Source: a virus (Duplodnaviria; Caudoviricetes). Taken from it: a stretch of DNA of 36,650 bases. How positions within the stretch are numbered: the stretch's first letter is position 1; the number at the start of each line of letters is the position of its first letter. Location: IMG/VR virus record IMGVR_UViG_3300042455_001458, positions 1 to 36,650 of that record. One strand, 5' to 3'. Below the pieces are notes generated by a model. It worked only from the letters and a program-made list of their open reading frames with translations. It searched no databases and was not told where the DNA came from. Position numbers and translations under genes: made by a program. This document shows, piece by piece, positions 30,001 through 36,650 of the stretch.

Positions 30001-33000
30001 CAGAACCAGATACTATAAATGAAGATAATAATGCATCTTCCGTTAATGCCGATTTTGGAATGTTTCTTAAATAAGTACCTTCTGCATATATGAATGAGGA
30101 TGATTCTATAAACAATCCACCACTATTATCATTAATATAAACACTACCACTTACGGATATAGAACCAGTAAATTGTGATGCAATTGATGATGTAAATGTC
30201 CCACTCTCACCAAACGAAGATGTGAATGCAGTTATAACTCTAAATCCATCATCAGGATTTACAGATGCCGTTACACTACCACTAGCAATTCTAAAAGCTT
30301 CTTCGGTAATGGCATTTCTAGGTATATCAAATAATCCTTTACCACTACCACTAAACATTGATGCTGATACAGGAAATTCAAATGTAGAGAATGTTGTTAC
30401 AACTAAACCAGTATTTGGAGCGATAGATGCTGTTGCCGAACCACTAGCAATTCTAACCGAATCTTCTGTTATAGCTGAACGAGGAATATCAAATAATCCT
30501 TTACCACTACCACTAAACATTGATGCAGTTAAGTTACCAATAACTTTTGTTTCACCAATAAATTTTATTTCAGCAGGTACTAATATAGAATTAACCATAT
30601 TAATTGTACCAGCCATAGATGAATGGAATTGGCAATTATAGTATAATACATCAGGTGCATCAAACGGAACTTCAAATATTATTGCACCAACATCTTCACC
30701 ATTATTAGTTACACCAGTTGTATATTCATCATTCGTACCAATTCCATTAATAGTATTAATACGGAATGGGTGGCCACTTGCATTTAAATTAAATGTATAA
30801 GTTACACCTCTAACCAAAGTTAAATTTGGATTTACTCCTTGAATTGAACCACTAAATATATATGCACTACTTCCATTATTTGTTACATCAAATACTGTAT
30901 TTAATGATGATGATGCAACTTCTCTTAAAGATGATGATACTATAAAACTTCCACTAATTGTGGAGAATGTATTTACTTCAAATCCTCTATCAGGAGAAAT
31001 TGATGCAGTTGCAGAACCACTAAAGATTCTATTAAGTTTAAATGCTAACGCAGATTCGGGAATATCAGATAAATTTCTACCACTACCACTATACGCAGAA
31101 CCTGAATTTAATGTTACACTACCACTTATTTTTAAGCTACCAGTAAATTGTGAACCACTTTCAGCTGAAATTACTCTAAATCCAAAATTTGGAGAAACCG
31201 ATGCAGTTACACTACCACTTTTAATTTCAAATGAAGTTAGTGCATCTTCAGTTAATGCATTTCTAGGAATATTACTCAAACCAGCACCACTACCACTAAA
31301 GAATGAACCAGTTGCTACTCTTATGTTTCCACCAGTTACAAATAAAGAACCCGTAAATTGAGAACCACTTAAAGAAGATTGAACTCTAAATCCAAAATTA
31401 GGTGAAGCGGATGCGGTTACACTTCCACTAGCAATTCTACTTAATTCTTCGGATAACGCAGAAAATGGTATATTTGTTAATCCAGCACCACTACCACTAA
31501 ATACAGAAGCACTTACGCCTGATTTAAATGTTGATGAACCAGTTACAATTAAAAAATCAAAAATTGTTGCACCTGTATTAACTTCGAATCCTTTATTTGG
31601 TGATACCGACGCAGTTGCCGAACCAGAGAAAATTTTAGATAGGTCTAAGTTTGATAAAGCGGATAATGGAATATCAAATAATAATTTACCACTGCCACTA
31701 TATGATGAACCACTAGCTAAAAATATTCCACCACTTACAAATAATGAACCTGTAAATCGTGAACCACTAGCTGATGATTCTATTTTGAATCCAAATGCGG
31801 GAGATACTGATGCCGTTACACTACCACTAGCAATTTTGTTTGGTGCAAATGATAAAGCAGATTCCGGAATATCGAATAATAATCTACCACTACCACTAAA
31901 TGCCGAACCACTTACTACTGCTATATTACCACCACTTACAATTAAAGAGCCTGTAAATTGAGAACCATATAATGGTGATATTACTCTAAATCCATATTGC
32001 GGGTCAACCGATGCAGTTACAGAACCAGAAGCAATTCTTGCACTTTCTTGAGATGGCACATTTCTTAATCTACTACCATCACCTTGAAATGAACCACTAA
32101 AATCAGAACCACTAACTACTCTAGCCGAAACTGTATCTCCAACAGTTAAGTTAGTACCAACTGCTGCTGATTGAGATACTGCTAAAGATTGTGATATGTT
32201 TACTCTATTTATAAAAGATGAATCACCACCCTCAACTCTAAATCCAAAAACAGGACTTACAGATGCAGTTACACTACCACTTGAAATTCTACTTGGTGAA
32301 AATGATAATGCTGATTCTGGAATATTAAATAATCCCTCACCACTACCACTAAAGTATCCAGAGCCAGAAGGTATTACAGCATTTCCACTTACAAATAAAC
32401 CACCAGTTACATTAGTTTGTCCAATGAATTCAATCTTAGCTGGTCTATATAATACATTTACTAAATTAATTTCTCCAGCCATTGCAGAATGCAATTGGCA
32501 ATTATAATAAACTGTATCAGGAGAAGATAGATTTACTTCAAATACTATTGTACCATTATCAGTTCCATTATTAGTTACGCCAGTAGAATATGCATCAGAT
32601 GTGCCAGTACTTTTTGCAGTTTTTATCCAAAACGGATGTCCTACTGCATTTACTATAAATGTATATGTAAACCCTCTAAGTAACTTTAAATTAACATTTG
32701 AACCATTGGCGCCACCACTAAAAACATAAGCTCCGCTACCATTATTGGTTACATAGATTGTAGTATCTATTGATTGTGATGGTATTGGATAATTTGAAGA
32801 TGATACAACTAAACTACCACTCAATTGGCTGAATACGTTTACATTGAAACCTTTAGCAGGGTCAATGGATGCTGTTGCAGAGCCGGAGAATATTGTATTA
32901 ACATCTAAATTAGATATTGCTGAACGTGGTATGTTAAATAATCCCTCACCACTACCAGAGAAGAATGAACCACTTCCTAAAAATATACTTCCGCTTATTT

Positions 33001-34399
33001 TAACACTTCCAGTAAATTCAGAGCCACTTATTTGAGAGTTTACTATAAATCCTCTTTCAACATCAGTAGATGCTGTCACAGAACCAGTTGCTATTAATGT
33101 TGCTACTAAAGCATCAGGCGTTAAGGCTGAACGAGGTATATTAAATAATTTTTCACCACTACCACTAAAATAAGAACCAACGCCTAATTGTACAATACCA
33201 CCAGTCACAAATAAAGAACCAGTAAATTGAGAACCACTTTCTGCTGATATTACTCTAAATCCAAAATCAGGTGCAACCGATGCGGTTACTGAGCCCGATT
33301 TAATTTCAGTAGAAATTAATGCATCCGGTGTTAAGGCTGCTCTTGGTATATTAAATAATCTTTCACCACTACCACTAAAAGAAGAACCAGAAGTTAATTC
33401 AATACCTCTACTACCACTTACAAATATAGAACCAGTAAATTGTGAGCCAAATTCTTTTGATGTTACAATTAGTCCTTTATCAGGAGCTACAGACGCAGTT
33501 ACACTACCACTAGCTATTAAAGTTGCTGATAACGCTGGTAGATTAAATAATCCACTACCATCACCTCTAAATAGCGATGCTGATAAGCTTCCGCTAATAT
33601 CTACACTTCCGGTAAATTCAGAACCACTTTCAGCAGATTCTACTTTAAATCCATAATCAGGACTAACAGAAGCAGTAATACTTCCAGTTGATAATCTAGT
33701 TGCTTTTGGTAAATTAAATAAATCTCTACCATCACCAAAGAATGAACCAGTAAACGAACCACTAAATGAACCCGTTAATTCAGCCGAACCAGTAAATGTT
33801 CCTGTTAAATTAGCTACTCCAAAAAATGAACCAGTAAATGATGATGATACAGAAGATGCTGTTATTTCATTTGCACCAACTCTATCTCTAATTTCAATAG
33901 AGCCTGTAAATTCTTGCTTATCAGTAATTTCATCACCAAATTTATTTGAACCAGATGAGAATATTACAGAAGAAGATATATAAGTAACTATAAGAGATTC
34001 CGCGTATATTGAATCTTTAACATATAAATTACCATCAATAATTGTATTTGTATCTACAAATAAATTTCCTTCTACAAATGATGCAGTTGATGAACCACTA
34101 GCTATAAATGTTGCTGCAGGTAGATTAAATAATTCAGAACCATCTCCTGTGAATGAGCCCGTAAATGAGCCCGTAAATTTTGCAGTTACCCTGTCTAAAT
34201 CTAAACTTCTTACAAATCCTCTATTACCTTGGTCATCCGAAACTACAATAGCAGGATTTGTTAATAACGAAGCAGAAAAATTAGGAACACCTAAATTCGG
34301 CTCTGCTTGGGATATATCCAAGAATTGATACCTATCAGATGTTACATTTTTAGGGTTTACTACCCTTACCCTACCCGTTAATAGATTACTAATTGCCAT
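24053..34399 (-). CDS. giant virion fibre protein (3448 aa): SGS-rich repeats, two cupredoxin-like domains, Gly-X-Y stalk, C-terminal adaptor-like domain
   Basis: Single uninterrupted ORF. Many repeats of about 70 aa (SGSGxGLFNIP...IxSGSVTASVxPxxGFxV...GSxFTGS); an IVHNLG domain; a GSS stalk; C-terminal TLDLSTANNF...TITWPATIDWVGGTAP.LT.SGTDVLAF domain. Confidence 0.88.
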   Translation of the reverse strand: MAISNLLTGRVRVVNPKNVTSDRYQFLDISQAEPNLGVPNFSASLLTNPAIVVSDDQGNRGFVRSLDLDRVTAKFTGSFTGSFTGDGSELFNLPAATFIASGSSTASFVEGNLFVDTNTIIDGNLYVKDSIYAESLIVTYISSSVIFSSGSNKFGDEITDKQEFTGSIEIRDRVGANEITASSVSSSFTGSFFGVANLTGTFTGSAELTGSFSGSFTGSFFGDGRDLFNLPKATRLSTGSITASVSPDYGFKVESAESGSEFTGSVDISGSLSASLFRGDGSGLFNLPALSATLIASGSVTASVAPDKGLIVTSKEFGSQFTGSIFVSGSRGIELTSGSSFSGSGERLFNIPRAALTPDALISTEIKSGSVTASVAPDFGFRVISAESGSQFTGSLFVTGGIVQLGVGSYFSGSGEKLFNIPRSALTPDALVATLIATGSVTASTDVERGFIVNSQISGSEFTGSVKISGSIFLGSGSFFSGSGEGLFNIPRSAISNLDVNTIFSGSATASIDPAKGFNVNVFSQLSGSLVVSSSNYPIPSQSIDTTIYVTNNGSGAYVFSGGANGSNVNLKLLRGFTYTFIVNAVGHPFWIKTAKSTGTSDAYSTGVTNNGTDNGTIVFEVNLSSPDTVYYNCQLHSAMAGEINLVNVLYRPAKIEFIGQTNVTGGLFVSGNAVIPSGSGYFSGSGEGLFNIPESALSFSPSRISSGSVTASVSPVFGFRVEGGDSSFINRVNISQSLAVSQSAAVGTNLTVGDTVSARVVSGSDFSGSFQGDGSRLRNVPSQESARIASGSVTASVDPQYGFRVISPLYGSQFTGSLIVSGGNIAVVSGSAFSGSGRLLFDIPESALSFAPNKIASGSVTASVSPAFGFKIESSASGSRFTGSLFVSGGIFLASGSSYSGSGKLLFDIPLSALSNLDLSKIFSGSATASVSPNKGFEVNTGATIFDFLIVTGSSTFKSGVSASVFSGSGAGLTNIPFSALSEELSRIASGSVTASASPNFGFRVQSSLSGSQFTGSLFVTGGNIRVATGSFFSGSGAGLSNIPRNALTEDALTSFEIKSGSVTASVSPNFGFRVISAESGSQFTGSLKISGSVTLNSGSAYSGSGRNLSDIPESALAFKLNRIFSGSATASISPDRGFEVNTFSTISGSFIVSSSLREVASSSLNTVFDVTNNGSSAYIFSGSIQGVNPNLTLVRGVTYTFNLNASGHPFRINTINGIGTNDEYTTGVTNNGEDVGAIIFEVPFDAPDVLYYNCQFHSSMAGTINMVNSILVPAEIKFIGETKVIGNLTASMFSGSGKGLFDIPRSAITEDSVRIASGSATASIAPNTGLVVTTFSTFEFPVSASMFSGSGKGLFDIPRNAITEEAFRIASGSVTASVNPDDGFRVITAFTSSFGESGTFTSSIASQFTGSISVSGSVYINDNSGGLFIESSSFIYAEGTYLRNIPKSALTEDALLSSFIVSGSVTASVNPDDGFRVITPFTGSQIGSQFTGSVEVSGSIIAKDFFIGDGRFITNVQAAASPLIASGSATASVTSGEKFIVKTAKFDEQIGSEFTGSIEVSGSITVKDFIFGDGRFITNVVAAAAPFIASGSATASVASGRQFIVKTNETGSSIGSQFTGSVQISGSITATDFFIGDGRFLTNVQASAAPLIASGSATASVASGKVFQVITNAVSGGYYGSEFTGSVSISGSLSASRYDGDGAGLFNIPASALEDLQLDRIQSGSARAIIDPDKFDVNTPITAARYDGDGSGLFNIPAEALEDLQLDRIISGSVQAVISPNRGLEIGTKTFVSGNLSVTGGLFVTGGNIVAATGSAYYGDGSGLTNINIANLSFETSLLQSGSAIARISPNFGFVVNTSSLIEGNLVVSNKITASNLIFSPLFTGSFLGTYNFQGVGPTASAQYDILRFDEARGYFIPQPETSLTETVSFNNVSDLTIVHNLGIQYPMVQVYATGSEDQIIPGTIKSISEDEIQIKFAGLTSGHVVIGSGGSLINGTIPGDRVFGTVLSASYAIRAGVAESIVGFNSASLAALGDLENFVRNSQTSSMAVFSAVSSSYALTASYALNAGAGGGTELFIYQTSSLVKSQVGKIHFTGSGVDVTPSGSDGVLVTILGGGGGGAGIGDLLSSQTASMLVGTASLAFTASYAIFALNSANVDTASFLQVNKDSKIDANLTISGSLGVSGSVLLNSLPSGSSENVVVWNDVTKKLERRNIAAAVGSSGTSGAQGSSGSSGSSGTSGSSGSSGSSGSSGIDGTNGTSGSSGSSGSSGSSGSSGSSGTAGSSGSSGSSGSSGTSGSSGTSGSSGSSGSTGSAGTSGSSGSSGSSGSSGSSGTSGSTGSAGTSGSGGSSGSGGTSGSSGSSGTSGTSGSSGSSGSSGSSGSTGSAGTSGSSGTSGSSGTSGSSGSTGTAGSSGSSGSSGTSGISGTSGSSGTTGSGGSSGTTGTAGTSGSSGSAGSGGSAGTSGSSGTSGTSGSSGKAGTDGSSGTSGKDGSGGTSGTSGSSGTSGKDGTSGTSGEDGTSGTSGSSGSSGTTGSSGTTGSSGTSGSSGSSGSSGSSGSSGSSGSSGTTGSSGTSGTSGSSGSSGTSGSSGTSGSSGSAGTTGSSGTSGSSGSSGTSGTSGTDGTSGSSGSAGSSGSSGSTGSAGTSGTAGTAGSSGSSGTSGTDGTSGSSGLSGTDGTSGSSGSSGTAGSSGTSGKNGSSGSSGSSGTAGSSGTSAEGTSGTSGTNGTSGSSGSSGSSGTNGTSGSSGLTGTSGTSGSSGSSGVDGTNGTGGTAGSSGSSGSSGSSGTSGLDGTYFGSSGSSGSSGTTGTAGSSGTSGTSGSSGSSGLDGTYFGSSGLSGSSGSSGSSGSTGTSGSTGTNGTSGTSGLDGTYFGSSGSSGTSGTTGTSGSSGIDGTSGSSGSSGSSGVDGTFFGTSGTTGTSGSSGSSGTSGTSGSSGTTGLDGTYFGSSGSSGSSGSSGTTGVDGSSGSSGSSGSSGLDGTFFGSSGISGTSGSTGLNGTSGLDGTSGTSGSSGSSGTSGLDGTYFGSSGTSGSSGTSGSSGSTGTAGSSGISGSDGTSGSNGSSGLDGTFFGSSGTSGSDGTSGSSGTNGTTGTAGSSGSSGTTGTSGVNGTFFGSSGTSGSSGTNGTTGTAGSSGFTGSNGTSGTTGTSGVNGTFFGTNGTSGSGGTSGTGANGTSGLDGTSGTSFFGVTSGTAGTSGTSPLGFTNGTSGTSGSTGSSGLDGTYFGSSGSSGTSGATGPAGTSGTSFFGTTSGTAGTSGTSPLGFTSGTSGTGASSGTSGFMNVSGTTNNGVITYDSVLPGGSVESNLVFDGTTLTLTGNLGASGYISSTNYVTSTTFRETYSDLGTGGSTTLDLSTANNFRRQFNGTATLTYSNPPASNAFGFTLVVVNAGAYTITWPATIDWVGGTAPILTSSGTDVLAFYTFNGGTTYYGFVTGKNLS
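24540..27737 (-). repeat. coding Gly-X-Y low-complexity repeat (GSS/GTS), about 1060 aa, with periodic DGT(Y/F)FG interruptions
   Basis: Directly visible in the translation. Confidence 0.95.
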
Positions 34400-34419
34400 G
34401 CGTTACTTTCCAGCTTTGT

Positions 34420-34448
34420 TATAAATATAGAGAATCCCTTATAAATAT
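34420..34448 (-). promoter_or_regulatory. tandem putative late-promoter motifs ATATTTATAA (34420-34428 and 34440-34448)
   Basis: Two copies 20 nt apart directly upstream of the 3448-aa gene. Confidence 0.6.
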
Positions 34449-34466
34449 CAATCAATGATATTATTG

Positions 34467-35384
34467 TTATTCATTCGCACTTTCTAACAAAGAAAGAATC
34501 ACAGTTAATTCAGTTGAGCCCGAAACGATAAATCCATAGGTTTCTTCCAATACTAATTTACCAGAAACAATAGGAGATAATGAATCAGCGGCAGGTATTG
34601 TCACATTTGTTACCAATCTTACGGCATCTTGCTCTACAAGTACAGGAGATTCAATTGTAGCTTTAATAACATCTACCAATGAATTAACTACATATATAGA
34701 TGATGAAATTTGGGCGTTTGTACCATTATTAAATCCATCTAACACAGATTGAGTAACTGCACTTTGAAATAATAATGGTGAAAGAGCAGAACCTGTTACA
34801 GATTCGTTTTTTATAATTTGATTTGATAATACTTTTAAATAATCTAAAGCAAATATAGATGCGGAATATTCAGTTGAATCAATAAGCGATACACCATTTT
34901 TATCAAAATAAGCTTTTGCTGCTTTATTTGTTCTAATAGTTGTATTATTAACAATATCATATTTTATTGCATCTACATCATCCAACGTGTTTTGTTCAAA
35001 ATAATCAGATACAAATGTAAATGGAGTTTCCGCTAAACTATTTTGATTAGCTGTATATGCTGCTATTTCTTTTCTTAAAAATTGTCTATTTGCATTTAAT
35101 AATAAAGATGCACTAGCAAAACTACCACTAAAATTTAATAAAGATACAGAAGAACTTACAAAAGCACTACCACTGTATATATCACCAAATTGAGGTACAG
35201 GTACCTCTTTATTTGATGTCACAAATATAGTTACAGGTTGCGTTATCAAACTATTATTTGTAATTTGACAAGATAATACAATTGATGATACTCCAGCTGG
35301 AGTTGCATATATTTCATCGGGCTCACCAGTCAGTCCTGTTATCACTGACTGGAATCGATTTAAGGGAACAAAAACTTCTGCCAT
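34467..35384 (-). CDS. adaptor-like structural protein (305 aa); paralog of 22015-22347 with a helical insert of about 190 aa
   Basis: N-terminal IYATPAGVSSIVLSCQITN and C-terminal LVTNVTIP...GKLVLEE...VILSLLE align by eye with the 110-aa protein. Confidence 0.75.
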   Translation of the reverse strand: MAEVFVPLNRFQSVITGLTGEPDEIYATPAGVSSIVLSCQITNNSLITQPVTIFVTSNKEVPVPQFGDIYSGSAFVSSSVSLLNFSGSFASASLLLNANRQFLRKEIAAYTANQNSLAETPFTFVSDYFEQNTLDDVDAIKYDIVNNTTIRTNKAAKAYFDKNGVSLIDSTEYSASIFALDYLKVLSNQIIKNESVTGSALSPLLFQSAVTQSVLDGFNNGTNAQISSSIYVVNSLVDVIKATIESPVLVEQDAVRLVTNVTIPAADSLSPIVSGKLVLEETYGFIVSGSTELTVILSLLESANE

Positions 35385-35410
35385 TTCTTTTTATTTTTTA
35401 TTTTCTTTTT

Positions 35411-36650
35411 TTATATTTGTAGTGCTAATGAGAACGGAGTTACTAATGAGAATAGAGATTTACTAAATGTTCTACCCACAAGAGTACCAGTTGCCTGATT
35501 AATACTTAAACCCGTACCAATTCTAAAGTCACCATCTTGATTACCAGATGTGAAGAAGATTCTACCTCCACCCAATTCGGTAATTTCAAATATTGGATTT
35601 GCAACACCACTACCACCCTGATTTGGGGGGAGTGCCTTAAATGTTACACCACTACCATTATAAGAGTAGTCAATACCAGTTGCCACAATCAAAGAACCAA
35701 ATGATTCTAATGGTGCTCCAGCTGCTATAAACTCTACTTTAGTTCTTAGATAACGATTTGTTTCCAATGTTTCTAATAATTGGTCTCTAGTCACGACAAC
35801 TGCACTTCCGTATTGTCCATCGTAGTATGAAGATGCTGCTCGGATTCCTCTTTCATTTCCACCATATAATAAATCAGTCACACATGCATCTACAATAAAT
35901 CCAGTATCACGTGAACAACTTGCCTCATTATATACTAAATATGGAAATGCCCCATTTGTGTATCCAATTGCTCTTTGTTTTAATTCATCCTTACCAGCTT
36001 TTACTCTTTCAGCCGCCTGTCTTCTTTTAGTAGAAGGTGCTAAATAAGTTAATAAAGTATTTGCTACAATTTTTTCAGATATTCCTCTTGCGAAGTTAAT
36101 ACCGTCTATCGTTTGCTTCTTTTGTCCATTATTATCACCATAACTATCAATAATTGCTACTGATGGGAATTTATAGTAGTAAGAACCTGCTTCAATACTT
36201 CTTTCGTTACCACCATAAACTAAGTCAGTTCTAATTGCATCTATGATAAATCCTAAATCTCTACTACAACTTGCTTCATTGTATTTTAAGTTACTCCAAG
36301 AAGAAGATAAGAATGTTATAGTTTCTTTTTGTATTAACGTTTTGTTATCTGTCAATAATTTTGCTGTTGTTATTAAAGATGCAGATGGTTCTAAATAAGT
36401 TGGATTGATTACTACTTTTTTAGATAACTTTCCAGCATATCTGATACCAGTAAGAGTTGGGTCTAATTGGTTTAGAGTTGATGGTACACCTTTATTAATT
36501 GCGTTAGAAGGATATAAGTAATAATACTGTCCTGCTATCACACTTCTTTCTTGTCCACCATATAATACATCCGTTGCTGCCGCATCTATTAGATATCCAA
36601 CATCTCTCTTACAAGTTGCTTCGTTATAATATACACCACTCCAAGAAGAA
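35411..36650 (-). CDS. large virion structural protein with C-x-R-D-x-G...YGG helical repeats, 5'-truncated by window end
   Basis: The frame stays open past the track's start at 36541 to the window edge (SSWSGVYYNEATCKRDVGYLIDAAATDVLYGGQERSV). Three repeats of about 116 aa are visible, then a C-terminal GGRIFFTSGNQDGDFRIG...INQATGT domain. Confidence 0.85.
   Translation of the reverse strand, partial: SSWSGVYYNEATCKRDVGYLIDAAATDVLYGGQERSVIAGQYYYLYPSNAINKGVPSTLNQLDPTLTGIRYAGKLSKKVVINPTYLEPSASLITTAKLLTDNKTLIQKETITFLSSSWSNLKYNEASCSRDLGFIIDAIRTDLVYGGNERSIEAGSYYYKFPSVAIIDSYGDNNGQKKQTIDGINFARGISEKIVANTLLTYLAPSTKRRQAAERVKAGKDELKQRAIGYTNGAFPYLVYNEASCSRDTGFIVDACVTDLLYGGNERGIRAASSYYDGQYGSAVVVTRDQLLETLETNRYLRTKVEFIAAGAPLESFGSLIVATGIDYSYNGSGVTFKALPPNQGGSGVANPIFEITELGGGRIFFTSGNQDGDFRIGTGLSINQATGTLVGRTFSKSLFSLVTPFSLALQI

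Noticed and set aside
8783-34448. T4-type late promoters (TATAAATA) firing on the plus strand
   Set aside because: They would point away from all genes; their position just upstream of minus-strand starts favours the TATTTATA reading.
36541-36650. GTG start at 36541 given by the ORF track
   Set aside because: The frame is open to the window edge and encodes another repeat copy, so the true start lies outside the window.
1-36650. Stop-codon reassignment, as seen in some large phages
   Set aside because: The standard code gives dense, full-length genes, and TAG (12954) and TGA (9012) both appear to act as stops.

Overview
AT-rich segment of a large myovirus-like phage genome with every credible gene on the minus strand. 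Read in the direction of transcription (right to left), it holds a 5'-truncated repeat-containing structural protein, an adaptor-like protein, a 3448-aa giant fibre, an LRR tip-like protein, a tail-fibre chaperone, two small adaptor-like proteins, a 2562-aa fibre ending in a peptidase-S74 chaperone, and three small fibre-associated proteins. Next comes the contractile-tail core: sheath, tube, T4 gp26-like chaperone, tape measure, tube-initiator-like, LysM/gpX-like and hub-like genes. Two features are missing from the ORF track. One is the 5' third of a phage-encoded tmRNA at 1-109, behind a Bacteroidota-type promoter. The other is a hidden 70-codon ORF (8813-9025) probably joined to the chaperone by a +1/-2 frameshift on a U7 run. 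Other signals: a repeated ATATTTAT(A) intergenic motif (putative late promoter), apparent GATC avoidance, about 500- and 1060-residue almost proline-free Gly-Ser/Thr-Ser stalks, two cupredoxin-like domains, phycobiliprotein-like C-x-R-D-x-G repeats, and an [ST]-[GAS]-S motif confined to outer virion proteins. Family assignments come from motif recognition and gene order, not database searches.
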